DNA of 64,000 bases from a virus. Under the pieces are notes generated by a model. The model did not search any database. It was not told the DNA's origin and saw nothing but the letters and a program-made list of their open reading frames with translations. The stretch is taken from UHGV virus genome UHGV-0286546. The stretch is one strand, 5' to 3'. Below are positions 49,332 to 59,809 of the stretch, one piece after another (the first letter of the stretch is position 1; every line of letters starts with the position of its first letter). Both the position numbers and the translations under genes were made by a program.

Positions 49332-52300
49332 ATGACAAAACATCCCGCAACTAATAAAAAAGATAAACGTACTCTTTTAATTGAAAATTCTGAATTTACT
49401 ACTAAGATTAAATTAGGTACGTCATTAAAAGAATCTCTTGAAATGTCTGCTGGTAAAAATGGTACGATGATAGTTAAAAATGTTCCATGTACTATTTTAA
49501 ATCGTGAGAATCAGAACGGTCGCGTTTATTCTACAGAAATAATGCAAGTTGCTATAAGTGAAGCAAAACAATTACATTTATTTGAACAGAAGCAACTCTT
49601 ATCACAAGCAGACGAACATCCAGAAGGTTCATTTGTTGCTCCTTCACACGCTTCACACGTTGTTATCAATGCCTATATTAAACCAAATGTAAAAATTGTT
49701 GTTGAAGGTGCAGAAGAACAGCATGACGTTTTGTTTATGGATTGGGAAGTTTTAAATACGCAAGAAGGTAAAAATTTAAGAGCCTTATTGGAAGCGGAGT
49801 GTTCAATTGGTACATCTATTCGAGGTGTCGGTGATCTCAAAGGAAAAAGTGTTGAGAATTATTCAATTTTGGGTGTAGACATTGTTGGTAATCCGTCTTC
49901 TAGTACTTATACACGTATGCCAGTATCTGAGTCAGTAAAAGTAGAAGTTAAAGATCCTAGAGATTTGAAAGAAACGTTTACAGTTAGTACTTCTTCTACT
50001 AATGTTGTGCGTGATTTGGAAGCAGCTGCGCGTATTCAAGAGCAGTTAGATTCGATTGGGTATGGTACAGTAACAAAAACTTCTACAAAGGTTGATGAAG
50101 AAACAGATCCTAAAACCGGTGCACAGACATCTATTACTACATTGGAAGCAGAAACGAGTGATGATGTAGCAGATTTGGATCAAGCTTTAATGATGGCTAA
50201 GAATGCGATGCTAAATGGAACAGTTAATGTAGATAGTATTACAATTGAGAATATTAAAGAAGAAGAACCTAAAGAATCTGCTCCAATTAAAGATGAGAAA
50301 GAATTGAAAGAAGAAGATCGTGATAATGACGAAGAGCGTTATGGTAAATGTTCTTGGTGTGGTGAAGAATTTCCGTTATCTGATTTGAAAAAAGAAAAAA
50401 ATTTAGGATACGTATGTAATCATTGTGCGAAAGGAATCGAATCTCGCGAAGGTCCATTATCTTGGGAAAATGAATATGTACCCGAATCTACTATGAATGA
50501 AGGTGTTGATAAGCTGAAAGATGCTATTTCTGCTATTATGTATAATGAAGGATTGACACTTGAACAGGCTTGTCGTAAATTCTGTGAACAGCATGAAAAT
50601 ATTCCATATGAGTACGTATTGGAGTATATGAGACCTACTGTAACAGAAGCTAAAGAAGAAAATAAAGAAAATCCTAATGCAGGTAAAAAGTTTGTATTAA
50701 AGACGCCTGCTGGTTTTGTTGCTATGGATGGTAATGCATTGGTATTTAAGGATGATCCGAAAGAAGCATTACATTTTATAGTAGGTAAAGAAGAATCAGG
50801 TTTAGTCCATTTATCTGGTGTTGAAAAAATCTTAGATACAATGGGTGTATATGATGTTGAAAAATATTATAGAAAAGAAGTAACAGATATTAGTGCCCCT
50901 GAAGAAGAAAATGGCGTAGAACCTGTTGAAGAGGGATTATTAGGTGGTACAGTAGGTGCAGCTGCTGGTGGTGCTATTGGTGGTGCTGTTGCTGGTCCAT
51001 TGGGTGCATTATCTGGTGCTGCTTCTGGATATAGTTTAGGAAGTAATATTGGTGATGATTTGTCTTCCGATGATAAGCAAGAATCGACATTAGAAGAAGG
51101 TGATAGTAAATTCAGTGCTAAAATTAAAATGACAAAAGAAGATGGTACTGAATCTAATGAAGAATTACCGATTACCAGTACAGAAATGAGCTCAGTATTA
51201 AATGAAGTAGCTAATCACTGGAAACAAAAGTCTGAATCTGGTAAAGGAAGAGTAGATATTATGGTTGTTGATAATACTACGGGTCAATCCTTTATGTATA
51301 ACCCGCAATCTAATTCATTGGATCCGATTCAGCAACAAGTTCAGCAAGAAGCCTTCAGTGGTCAGGATGCAGTAGAACAGAATAATAATACTTTATCTGT
51401 TAAAGTCGATGATAACAATACTGTTGCTAAAGAGTTTGATAATCCAGTACAAGCAAGCGTTGCAAAAGCTGGTTTAGAACAAGGTAAGCTCGACGGTAAT
51501 GTAATGATGAGCGAAGCCGGAGATCCAATTGGCGTAGATTTAACTACAGACCAAACCTATAATGGTAAATTAGGACCTGTTCCATATACACTTTGGTTTA
51601 AATGTACTGATAATAACTTTGATTTATTAGATAATGATTTGAAAAAGTTATACGATAAGAGAGTAATTTGGAACTGGAATCAACATAGTAGCATGCCGAA
51701 TGTATTATATGTAACCGGTTTAAATGAACAAGATTGTAATAGACTTTTAAATAATTTGCGTAAAATGGGAAACAAATTAGTCGGTGAAGATTTTATGCAA
51801 GTTAAAGATGAAAGTGTTAAAGAAGCTGATTCAGAAAAAAATATCGATAAAACAAATAACCGTTATGAAGATGTTGTTCCTGGTTGGTATGCTGCAGCAG
51901 AAGGAATCGGTGTTACTGGTCCGTTTGCAAGTGAAGAAGAAGCATGGCGTGGATTAGAAGATGTACGTGATTATGTAACAGTTGAATACATTGATCCTGC
52001 AGAATTAGAAGAGAAATTATATAAAAATCCTTCTGAACCTTCTGATCCTTACGTTGATGCTCCTTTAAATGATAGTACAGAATCAATGAAAGAAGAAAAA
52101 GTTAAAGTTGTACTGTCAGACCTTAACTGGGACGAACAAGGATTAGTAGACAGTTATGATCCAGAAGCAAATGAATTCCATGAATATGTTAATAATTTAC
52201 CTGATACAATTACATTAGACATGGATACTAAAGAATTTGATAATGATGATCCTAATGCTGTTAAACAATCTATTTTAAATGCAGCTAAAAAGCGTGGATA

Positions 52301-52337
52301 TAATGTTGCTGACGCTGTAATTCAAAGTATAGAATAA
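49332..52337 (+). CDS. Large acidic protein with N-terminal prohead-protease-like domain, Zn ribbon and Gly-rich segment
   Basis: The N-terminal ~200 aa loosely resemble HK97-type prohead proteases ('VYSTEIMQ...HPEGSFVAPSHASH'). There is a Zn ribbon 'CSWCGEEF...CNHCAKG', a glycine-rich 'GGTVGAAAGGAIGGAVAGPLGALSGAASG' segment and long acidic stretches. Confidence 0.3.
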   Translation: MTKHPATNKKDKRTLLIENSEFTTKIKLGTSLKESLEMSAGKNGTMIVKNVPCTILNRENQNGRVYSTEIMQVAISEAKQLHLFEQKQLLSQADEHPEGSFVAPSHASHVVINAYIKPNVKIVVEGAEEQHDVLFMDWEVLNTQEGKNLRALLEAECSIGTSIRGVGDLKGKSVENYSILGVDIVGNPSSSTYTRMPVSESVKVEVKDPRDLKETFTVSTSSTNVVRDLEAAARIQEQLDSIGYGTVTKTSTKVDEETDPKTGAQTSITTLEAETSDDVADLDQALMMAKNAMLNGTVNVDSITIENIKEEEPKESAPIKDEKELKEEDRDNDEERYGKCSWCGEEFPLSDLKKEKNLGYVCNHCAKGIESREGPLSWENEYVPESTMNEGVDKLKDAISAIMYNEGLTLEQACRKFCEQHENIPYEYVLEYMRPTVTEAKEENKENPNAGKKFVLKTPAGFVAMDGNALVFKDDPKEALHFIVGKEESGLVHLSGVEKILDTMGVYDVEKYYRKEVTDISAPEEENGVEPVEEGLLGGTVGAAAGGAIGGAVAGPLGALSGAASGYSLGSNIGDDLSSDDKQESTLEEGDSKFSAKIKMTKEDGTESNEELPITSTEMSSVLNEVANHWKQKSESGKGRVDIMVVDNTTGQSFMYNPQSNSLDPIQQQVQQEAFSGQDAVEQNNNTLSVKVDDNNTVAKEFDNPVQASVAKAGLEQGKLDGNVMMSEAGDPIGVDLTTDQTYNGKLGPVPYTLWFKCTDNNFDLLDNDLKKLYDKRVIWNWNQHSSMPNVLYVTGLNEQDCNRLLNNLRKMGNKLVGEDFMQVKDESVKEADSEKNIDKTNNRYEDVVPGWYAAAEGIGVTGPFASEEEAWRGLEDVRDYVTVEYIDPAELEEKLYKNPSEPSDPYVDAPLNDSTESMKEEKVKVVLSDLNWDEQGLVDSYDPEANEFHEYVNNLPDTITLDMDTKEFDNDDPNAVKQSILNAAKKRGYNVADAVIQSIE

Positions 52338-52434
52338 ATAAAGTAATAAATACAAATAATTACAGTTCTATATAAAGAAAATAGTTAATAAATACTAATT
52401 TTAAACGTCTAGATTATAAAATTGAGGTTAGAAC

Positions 52435-53154
52435 ATGATGACAAAAGAACAGATTTTGGCTGCTTTGAAAGAAAGTAATGCCTTAAACGTCAATAAAGCT
52501 GAAGATACAATTCAGAACATTGACAAAAAAGTAGTTGACGATTCTAAAGCCGCTGAAGGTATGGGTGCTGATCCGTTACCGACACAGAAAGAAGTCGAAA
52601 AAGTTGTTAATGCTGCAGAAGGTCCAATGATTCCGGTTGATAAAGACGGAATGTCAAAAGACGGCGGTGATGATAATCGTATGGAAGATGGTAAAGTCGA
52701 AGCTGAAAAGAAAAGAGAAGACAATGGCATGAAAGATGTTATTAATGTTTCTAGCCGTAAAGTTGAAGAAGCTACTGAAGTTAATAACGAATTGTTAGAT
52801 CAGTTGAAAGAAGCTGCTGAACGCGAAGAAAAATATAAAAACAAAATCAATGAAATTACTGCTCTGTGTGAAAAAGCTTTGAAGAATCAGTATGAAGCAT
52901 TGACTAAAGAACATGCAGCTGGTATGAAGACTGTATTTGAATCCGTTATTGCAGAAGGTGAAAAATTAGAGAAAGAGTTATCTGAAGCTGCTGCAAAAAA
53001 TGAAAAAATGTACAAAACAGCTAAAAAATTACATGAAAATTCTGCTAAATTGAGCAAAATTTTGTTAGAAGCTGTTAAGAAAGCTCAGCCAGAAAAACAA
53101 ATGACTCGTTACATGACAGCAAAAGCACGCGCTGTAGCTTCTCTGCGTAAATAG
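52435..53154 (+). CDS. Coiled-coil acidic protein (scaffold-like)
   Basis: E/K-rich heptad-like sequence of 239 aa. Confidence 0.3.
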   Translation: MMTKEQILAALKESNALNVNKAEDTIQNIDKKVVDDSKAAEGMGADPLPTQKEVEKVVNAAEGPMIPVDKDGMSKDGGDDNRMEDGKVEAEKKREDNGMKDVINVSSRKVEEATEVNNELLDQLKEAAEREEKYKNKINEITALCEKALKNQYEALTKEHAAGMKTVFESVIAEGEKLEKELSEAAAKNEKMYKTAKKLHENSAKLSKILLEAVKKAQPEKQMTRYMTAKARAVASLRK

Positions 53155-53179
53155 GTCATCGTTATTTCTCCTAACGTTG

Positions 53180-53225
53180 CAAAGTAGAAGGATCAGACTG
53201 AAAGGTTTGGTCCTCTTCTTTTGTT
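53180..53225 (+). terminator. Possible rho-independent terminator
   Basis: Imperfect stem AGAAGGATC.../...GGTCCTCTTCT followed by TTTTGTT. Confidence 0.35.
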
Positions 53226-53249
53226 CTAAGTAATAAAGGAGGATAAATT

Positions 53250-53927
53250 ATGCTTGAATATATTATGTCTATTATTTTAAAACTATTTCACAAAGAAGAT
53301 AAGAAAATGTTAACTATAGAACAATTACATGAAATTAACGGTAAATTGAATAAAGCAGAATGTGAATATTATTTAAACGCATTAAATGAAGTATTACCCA
53401 AATATGAGATTAATACTAAATTACGGTTATGTCATTTCTTATCGCAAGTTATACATGAAAGTGGACATTTAAAATATAAAGTAGAAAATCTTAATTATTC
53501 AAGTAAAGCCTTAAGAAGTGTATTCTGTAAATATTTTAAGACAGATGCAGTAGCAAACGAATATGCGCGTAAACCAGAAAAAATTGCCAATAGAGTATAT
53601 GCTGACAGAATGGGTAATGGTAACGAAGCAAGTGGTGAAGGTTGGAAATATCGTGGACGTGGATTATTACAACTCACTGGTAAATGTAATTATAAAGAAT
53701 GTGGTGAGTATTTAGGACTCGATTTGGTAAATAATCCTGATTTAATTTGTGATGATCCTAAAGTAAATATAATGAGTGCTTGCTGGTATTGGCAGAAAAA
53801 CAAATTAAACGAGTTAGCCGATAAAGATGATTGTAAAAGCTGTACTAAAAAGATAAACGGTGGCTTAAACGGATATGATGACAGAGCTAAAATATTATGT
53901 ACAGCAAAAAGTATTTTAAAGGATTAA
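53250..53927 (+). CDS. Endolysin, glycoside hydrolase family 19 (chitinase-like lysozyme)
   Basis: 'CHFLSQVIHESGHLKY' (GH19 catalytic Glu region) and 'YRGRGLLQLTGKCNYKECG'. Strong AAGGAGG RBS upstream. Confidence 0.7.
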   Translation: MLEYIMSIILKLFHKEDKKMLTIEQLHEINGKLNKAECEYYLNALNEVLPKYEINTKLRLCHFLSQVIHESGHLKYKVENLNYSSKALRSVFCKYFKTDAVANEYARKPEKIANRVYADRMGNGNEASGEGWKYRGRGLLQLTGKCNYKECGEYLGLDLVNNPDLICDDPKVNIMSACWYWQKNKLNELADKDDCKSCTKKINGGLNGYDDRAKILCTAKSILKD

Positions 53928-54014
53928 TATATTAGAAATTTTTATGATACTTTTTAGATAATAGTTAGTATTCTATATAGTATAAGTTATGTTTTTATCA
54001 TAGGATTATAAAAA

Positions 54015-54470
54015 TTGAATAATATTAAACCAGATTTTTTAGATGAGATATTTACAGAAGAATGGTATAATGATGTTTCAAAAGCAGCAGATTTAGCATT
54101 AGAGCATTCTGAAAAATTAAATATGTCTGAAGATGAAGTAATAAGATATATCATTGATTATAACATCACTAAAAGATTACAAGAACAAGTTTTAGATACC
54201 CTAGTTAGTAAACTGCCAAAAGTAATTGATTGGAGAGGTATGAGTATTACAGAGGCATTTTTAGAATTTAAAGATATCATTGACAGTTGTAATATTTGTG
54301 ATAAATTTAAAACGTATAAAGCTCGTATAAATCTTAATTCAAATCAGCTGTTAAACGAGTTTTATATTTGGAAAGAATTAGTAAACAGTGATTATCCTAG
54401 ATTATTTGTGAGCATAACACCAACAAAAACAAAAAATACATATAAACTAGAAGTTAAGAAAATTAAATAA
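54015..54470 (+). CDS. Hypothetical protein
   Basis: ORF only. Confidence 0.3.
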   Translation: MNNIKPDFLDEIFTEEWYNDVSKAADLALEHSEKLNMSEDEVIRYIIDYNITKRLQEQVLDTLVSKLPKVIDWRGMSITEAFLEFKDIIDSCNICDKFKTYKARINLNSNQLLNEFYIWKELVNSDYPRLFVSITPTKTKNTYKLEVKKIK

Positions 54471-54675
54471 AGTAACTATTCTGTAATGGAATAAACAACT
54501 GATTAATAGATTCTGGGTTAAGTACAGTACGAATTACACCGCCTGGGATTCTTGTATACAACACATTAAATCCAAGTTCATTAAAATTACCATCGACTGA
54601 CTCAAACAGTTTTAATTTTTTGAGTTTGTCTTCGTCGATCTCAGTATAAATCTTCGTTTTCTTCTTAAACATAAC

Positions 54676-54933
54676 TTAATAAAATTTACTATTAAACGTA
54701 CTTGTAATATAATCAACAATATTCGGAAATTCTAATACATCTTTATCCGACAGAATTAATTTTTTCTTATCAAAAGTGAGAATATTGTTATCAAGAGTAT
54801 ACTTTTTAGCAATAAACTCTTTAATTTCATTTAGAGAAAGATACATTTGCTTTTTATTTGAAGTAATAATTTTAATACCGGTTTCATCTAAATTAATTAT
54901 GCGCATTATTGCTTTCTCCTTTTGTTTTTCCAA
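54676..54933 (-). CDS. Hypothetical small protein
   Basis: ORF only. There is an adjacent 69-aa ORF 54463..54672 on the same strand. Confidence 0.25.
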   Translation of the reverse strand: MEKQKEKAIMRIINLDETGIKIITSNKKQMYLSLNEIKEFIAKKYTLDNNILTFDKKKLILSDKDVLEFPNIVDYITSTFNSKFY

Positions 54934-55075
54934 TGAAAGTATGCTATTATATTAGAATTCAAAAGTAAAGCCTCAAACTTCCATTATTGGAAAATATTTT
55001 TCAGTAGAAAAGAAAAATATGAAAATTCTTTAATACATGTTTATAAAAAAGTAAAAAGTATTGAGGTAAATAAAA

Positions 55076-57433
55076 ATGGTATTGAGACCTTTGAAAGTTC
55101 GTATTAGAAAAGATAAAATTACATCTCTTGATGATATTAATGAAAAAGTAAAAGAAGAAGTAAAAACTGAAGAACTTGCCCCTTTCAAAAATTTAACTTT
55201 CAGATTTGATATGCTTTGCAGTGAGACCACCCACGCTCAGTTATCAGAAGAAGAATGTGTAAAAGCAGGTAGTATCGATTTTAATCTGTGTGAATATGAA
55301 AGATTAAAATTGTTAATGTACAACTATAATTATAAGAAAAACTTAATTAAAAATGCAAAAGAAAAGAATGCTTGGTCATATATAGATGATATAATTTCGT
55401 ATTTAAGTATGTTTGATTCAGCATATTTTACTGAGCTTAAATTCTTAAAAAAATATAGAATTTATTATGTTGAAAAGGAAATCAATAAATTACCTTCAAT
55501 TAAAGCATACTTAAAAAAATTTGAAAACGGTTATACGTATCCTCAATTAAATATAAAACTATTGAGACGTGACAAAGACTTTATGGGGATTATAGAAAAA
55601 GCAGTTAAAGAATCAAGTAAAGAATTAACTAAATACTTTAAACAAAAATTAGCTGAAAATCCAAAAAAATCAATCTGTACTCAAAATGTTCATTGGTATT
55701 TAGATCTTGTCTGCAAAGATAATAAAAAAATAAAAGATCTTGCAGAATTACATTTTTTACTCAGCAATTCTTCTTTTTATAACAGGCTTTACGGAGGAAG
55801 AAATCTATCTGATTGTCTTAAAAGATTAGATTATAAAGATATGCCTTTGTCAGAAATCGTTAAATATTCAAATACTATTTTTTTAATACAGTCAGATAAA
55901 GCAGATTTATCAGAAGCAACGTTATTTTTAATACGTGTTATTTTAATTTCTTGCTCGAGGGGGTATAAAACTAAAGAAGAATTAATTAATAGTTTTATCC
56001 CAAAAGGTAAGAAAACGGATTTGACCTCGAAAGACTTCTATTATGTTAAACAATATGAGTATATAAAATCAATCCTGAATAACGCAATTAAGAAAAACAG
56101 TAAAGGTATAAATATTTTAATTTATGGTGCTCCGGGAGGCGGAAAAACAGCCTTATCTCGCGTGTTAATTGATGACTTGAAGGTTGAACGCTATGAAATA
56201 CCAAATGATGCCGAAATTGATAATGATGTAGATGCTGTTCAAAAAGAAACAGTACTAGGTAATGAAGGTAGGATTGTTAGATTCAAACTTATTTCAGATA
56301 TGTTAAAAGAAAACAAGAATTGTGCACTGTTATACGATGAAGCAGAAGACTTTTTCAGAAAAAACGATAATAAGAGTCAATCTAAAGCAGCAGTAAACAA
56401 ATTCTTAGAAGATAATCCAAATCCTGTTATCTGGACTACAAACTCACTTGGTTGTATGGAAGAATCATATCTTAGACGCTTTACTTATGTCTTAAATATT
56501 GATAATCTCCCAAAAGATGTATATAATAATGTCTTAATTAAACTCTGTAATAAATATAAACTAGAGCTTCCTGAAGATATTAAAAACTTATACCTCGAAT
56601 ATAGACCTAATTTCGGTATTGTTGAAAAAACTTTCAATAATTTTAATCTGTCAGAAAGTAAAGACATTAATTTACTTAAACAAGATTTAATGGATTCTCT
56701 CCAGGGCTTTAATTTTGGATATAGTGTTAAAAAATTACCTGTAAATAACTTTAAATTTAATCCAGAATTAATTAATGCGAGTGAAAATTTAATAGATCTT
56801 ACAAAAAATATTAAACAAGCAGGCAGATTGGATTTTTCTATGCTATTATGGGGTGTACCTGGCTCAAGTAAAACTTCATATGCTCGCTACCTTGCTGAAG
56901 AATTAGGATTAACAGTAATAAATAAAAATTATACTGAACTGTCTTCTATGTGGGTAGGTGAAACTGAAAAAAATATCGCAAATCTATTCGCACAAGCAGA
57001 ACAGGAAAAAGCTATGATTATACTTGATGAAGCAGATGTATTACTCCAGGATCGAAAAAAGTCCTTTAGAAGCTGGGAAATAACACAAACTGAAGCATTA
57101 TTAACAGCAATGGAATTTCATCCTTATCCATTTATTATGACAACTAATCTATACGAAAATTTAGATGCAGCTGTTATGAGAAGAATACTTTATAAAGTAA
57201 AACATGACTATTTAACTAAGGATCAAATCAAACTCGCATTTAAACATTTCTTCGATTTAGATATAACAGAAAACTTATATTTATCTAGACTTACTTCTGG
57301 TGATTTTGCTGTAATTAAAAAACAAGCAGAATATCAAGGTAAAATGAAAGATAAAGAATGGTTAATACAAAAACTAACTGAAGAAATGAATCAAAAGAAA
57401 ATGACAAATGTGAGTAAAACTATTGTAATGTAA
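55076..57433 (+). CDS. Tandem (type II) AAA+ ATPase
   Basis: D1 has Walker A 'GAPGGGKT', Walker B 'LLYDEAED' and sensor-1 'WTTNS'. D2 has 'GVPGSSKT', 'MIILDEAD', 'MTTN' and 'AAVMRRI'. D2 is paralogous to ORF 14176..15066. Confidence 0.75.
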   Translation: MVLRPLKVRIRKDKITSLDDINEKVKEEVKTEELAPFKNLTFRFDMLCSETTHAQLSEEECVKAGSIDFNLCEYERLKLLMYNYNYKKNLIKNAKEKNAWSYIDDIISYLSMFDSAYFTELKFLKKYRIYYVEKEINKLPSIKAYLKKFENGYTYPQLNIKLLRRDKDFMGIIEKAVKESSKELTKYFKQKLAENPKKSICTQNVHWYLDLVCKDNKKIKDLAELHFLLSNSSFYNRLYGGRNLSDCLKRLDYKDMPLSEIVKYSNTIFLIQSDKADLSEATLFLIRVILISCSRGYKTKEELINSFIPKGKKTDLTSKDFYYVKQYEYIKSILNNAIKKNSKGINILIYGAPGGGKTALSRVLIDDLKVERYEIPNDAEIDNDVDAVQKETVLGNEGRIVRFKLISDMLKENKNCALLYDEAEDFFRKNDNKSQSKAAVNKFLEDNPNPVIWTTNSLGCMEESYLRRFTYVLNIDNLPKDVYNNVLIKLCNKYKLELPEDIKNLYLEYRPNFGIVEKTFNNFNLSESKDINLLKQDLMDSLQGFNFGYSVKKLPVNNFKFNPELINASENLIDLTKNIKQAGRLDFSMLLWGVPGSSKTSYARYLAEELGLTVINKNYTELSSMWVGETEKNIANLFAQAEQEKAMIILDEADVLLQDRKKSFRSWEITQTEALLTAMEFHPYPFIMTTNLYENLDAAVMRRILYKVKHDYLTKDQIKLAFKHFFDLDITENLYLSRLTSGDFAVIKKQAEYQGKMKDKEWLIQKLTEEMNQKKMTNVSKTIVM

Positions 57434-57435
57434 TT

Positions 57436-57470
57436 AAGAAAAGCTCCCGTAAAAAGGAGCTTTCTTTTTA
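57436..57470. terminator. Bidirectional rho-independent terminator between convergent operons
   Basis: Perfect stem AAAGCTCC/GGAGCTTT followed by CTTTTT. Lies between the + gene ending at 57433 and the - gene ending at 57495. Confidence 0.6.
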
Positions 57471-57494
57471 ATATTTTTATATCCAACTAAAAAC

Positions 57495-57869
57495 CTAAAC
57501 TTCAGCTGATACTTCCTCAACAATATATGGATTCTCGGCTCTAATCTTGTCCTTACTCTCTAACCAAGCTACTTTAAGCTCCTCAACATTATCTGCATCT
57601 CTTGCAACAGCTTCGAGATAGTCATTACGAAGCTTATCAGAGGTTTGAATATAGAGCTGTTCACGGGTTGCACGGATAGCTTCATTCTGCTCGGCAATAG
57701 TCGGCTCAGGTTTTTCAGGAGCATAGCCAGATAAGTACCAAGAACCGTCATAAGCCTGTTCAACTTCCATTTTAACCATTCCGATAGATTGATAATAAGC
57801 AGAATTTGTGCCAGTACCAACTTCACAAAGCTTGGTTTCTTCATTTATTACTTTTGCATATTTTTTCAT
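57495..57869 (-). CDS. Putative tail-fibre assembly/chaperone protein
   Basis: Small protein immediately downstream of a fibre gene. Paralog of 59423..59809 (shared '...REQLY...ENPY' ends). Confidence 0.4.
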   Translation of the reverse strand: MKKYAKVINEETKLCEVGTGTNSAYYQSIGMVKMEVEQAYDGSWYLSGYAPEKPEPTIAEQNEAIRATREQLYIQTSDKLRNDYLEAVARDADNVEELKVAWLESKDKIRAENPYIVEEVSAEV

Positions 57870-57879
57870 TTTAGTTTAC

Positions 57880-59376
57880 TCATTTACAAGGATAGAAAGT
57901 CATTTTGTTAAAATTAGTCCAAGAAATTACATCGCCTTTAGCAACAGCATACTCAAATCCAGCTGACTGGCCGCTTAGATACTTTGCTCCGGTTGAATTG
58001 TTATAAATCACAATACCATTAATTGTTAGGCTTCGTACTCCGTTATCTGAAAGATTATGAATACCAATTATAAAACCAGATTTTGTGGCTGTATAAGGCG
58101 AAGCCATTGAAACCCCTGCTGTATAATCAGGCATACCCCAACCAACAATGTTTGCTTTTCCCGCTGCGCTTACATTATCCAGAGCAACATTAGCTTTACT
58201 TGTTAAATCAACAGTTCCCCAACTCGCCGTTGTTCCGTTTGTTGTTAGGAATTTACCGCTCTGCCCTGACTGACTCGGTAGGCTGTCTTTAGCATCAATA
58301 GCAGTTTTAACAGCCTTGTTGCTAGGGTACTTTGTTGTGCTATCATCAAGAGTCTGTGAGAGGTTTGAGATGTCCTGTTTGCCGTTTAATTCACGAGCAT
58401 AGTCATTCCAATCCACAGCGTGAAACGGAAGCCCGATTGTTAATTTGGTAATAGGATATGGAGATGTTGCACTTGTAAACCATTGACCGATGTAACAAGG
58501 GAAATTGTCTTTCCAAAAAAGATTACCATTTGAGTCTAAATCACACCGATAAACCTTGTTTTCTGAAGGTTTATACCATATATTATAACGAACCAAAGAA
58601 GGTTCATTTTCTTGTTGATAGATTTGACCTAGACTACCAGTGCTTATAAATTGAATGCTACCATTTTGTGTATATTTTCCAATAAACAACTCTTGACCGC
58701 CAGAATTGTTCCAAGTAATTGTTCGAGTTACAACTTTATCAAGTGTAAGTTCAATATTCTTCAAACTACCGTCAGCATTTCTACCATTCGGAATAAGTCC
58801 TTTAACCCCTGGCAAAGAAAACGCGGTCGAACCGATATAACCAAAGCCGTTAAATACTTGGTCGATGGAGGTAACACCTGTTCCATTTGTTATCATAACA
58901 ATAGCTAAAGGCAAACACCATCCTGATTGCCAAGTAGAACCACTATCAGTTGTATATTTAACATAGTTGTTAGCCGTATCATACCAGAACATATACGGCT
59001 GTCCACTAGGAGCTGTACTTCCACTATATTGCTGTGTATCTAATGAAAGTAATTGTATTGTGTTATTCGGTAATACACAAAGAATATGTTTTGAAGAAGC
59101 ATAACTTGATGGAGAAATTTGCATATCACTTGTAATTGTAGCAGTATCAAATACCCCACTTCCATTCGGCACATAAACCTTACTACCGGCTTTTAACGTC
59201 AGAGTACCATTATTCAACTCAAGTTTAATGTCCTGTGGAATTTCCGTAATGCAGTTGGTGATTTGAGAAGTATTAAGAGTGTTATCCCATACATTAGGTA
59301 CAGTATTCCACAGATCTCTATCAGCTTTATCGTTTATTTGTTCAGCCAATTTTCCTAAATCTATATCTTGAGTCAT
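57880..59376 (-). CDS. Tail fibre / receptor-binding protein
   Basis: G/S/T/N-rich 498-aa protein sitting in the fibre cluster, followed by a chaperone-like gene. Confidence 0.5.
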   Translation of the reverse strand: MTQDIDLGKLAEQINDKADRDLWNTVPNVWDNTLNTSQITNCITEIPQDIKLELNNGTLTLKAGSKVYVPNGSGVFDTATITSDMQISPSSYASSKHILCVLPNNTIQLLSLDTQQYSGSTAPSGQPYMFWYDTANNYVKYTTDSGSTWQSGWCLPLAIVMITNGTGVTSIDQVFNGFGYIGSTAFSLPGVKGLIPNGRNADGSLKNIELTLDKVVTRTITWNNSGGQELFIGKYTQNGSIQFISTGSLGQIYQQENEPSLVRYNIWYKPSENKVYRCDLDSNGNLFWKDNFPCYIGQWFTSATSPYPITKLTIGLPFHAVDWNDYARELNGKQDISNLSQTLDDSTTKYPSNKAVKTAIDAKDSLPSQSGQSGKFLTTNGTTASWGTVDLTSKANVALDNVSAAGKANIVGWGMPDYTAGVSMASPYTATKSGFIIGIHNLSDNGVRSLTINGIVIYNNSTGAKYLSGQSAGFEYAVAKGDVISWTNFNKMTFYPCK

Positions 59377-59422
59377 TTTATTTAGACTATCCCTTTAAAA
59401 ATTATTGATTTAATTGATGTGC

Positions 59423-59809
59423 TTAGTAACTTTCTTCTGTTGGATATGGATTTTCTTCTTTAATTTTAGCAACTATTTCTGCTCTCTTAACTTTAAGAGC
59501 TTCAATCTCTGCTAGAATCTCTTCAGTCTCTTCTTCATCTCTTAAAGATTGTATTTGACAAGTGATTGGGTCTTTTTGGTCTCGATAAAGAGCTTCACGA
59601 GTCTGACGAACTTCTTCGTAGGTTGGAGTAGGTTTCTCAGGCTCTTCACCTGCAAAATACATTTTGCCGTCCCATGCTGTAACGATCTCTTTGTTAGTAG
59701 CTTCGATAGAGTCTAATGATATACCTAATGCAAACGCACCATCTTTTACAGCCTCGGCATCACTTCCTGAAAGTTTTATTTCATTATTTAGTAATCCAAT
59801 ATAAATCAT
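59423..59809 (-). CDS. Putative tail-fibre assembly/chaperone protein
   Basis: Paralog of 57495..57869, positioned after a fibre gene. Confidence 0.4.
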   Translation of the reverse strand: MIYIGLLNNEIKLSGSDAEAVKDGAFALGISLDSIEATNKEIVTAWDGKMYFAGEEPEKPTPTYEEVRQTREALYRDQKDPITCQIQSLRDEEETEEILAEIEALKVKRAEIVAKIKEENPYPTEESY

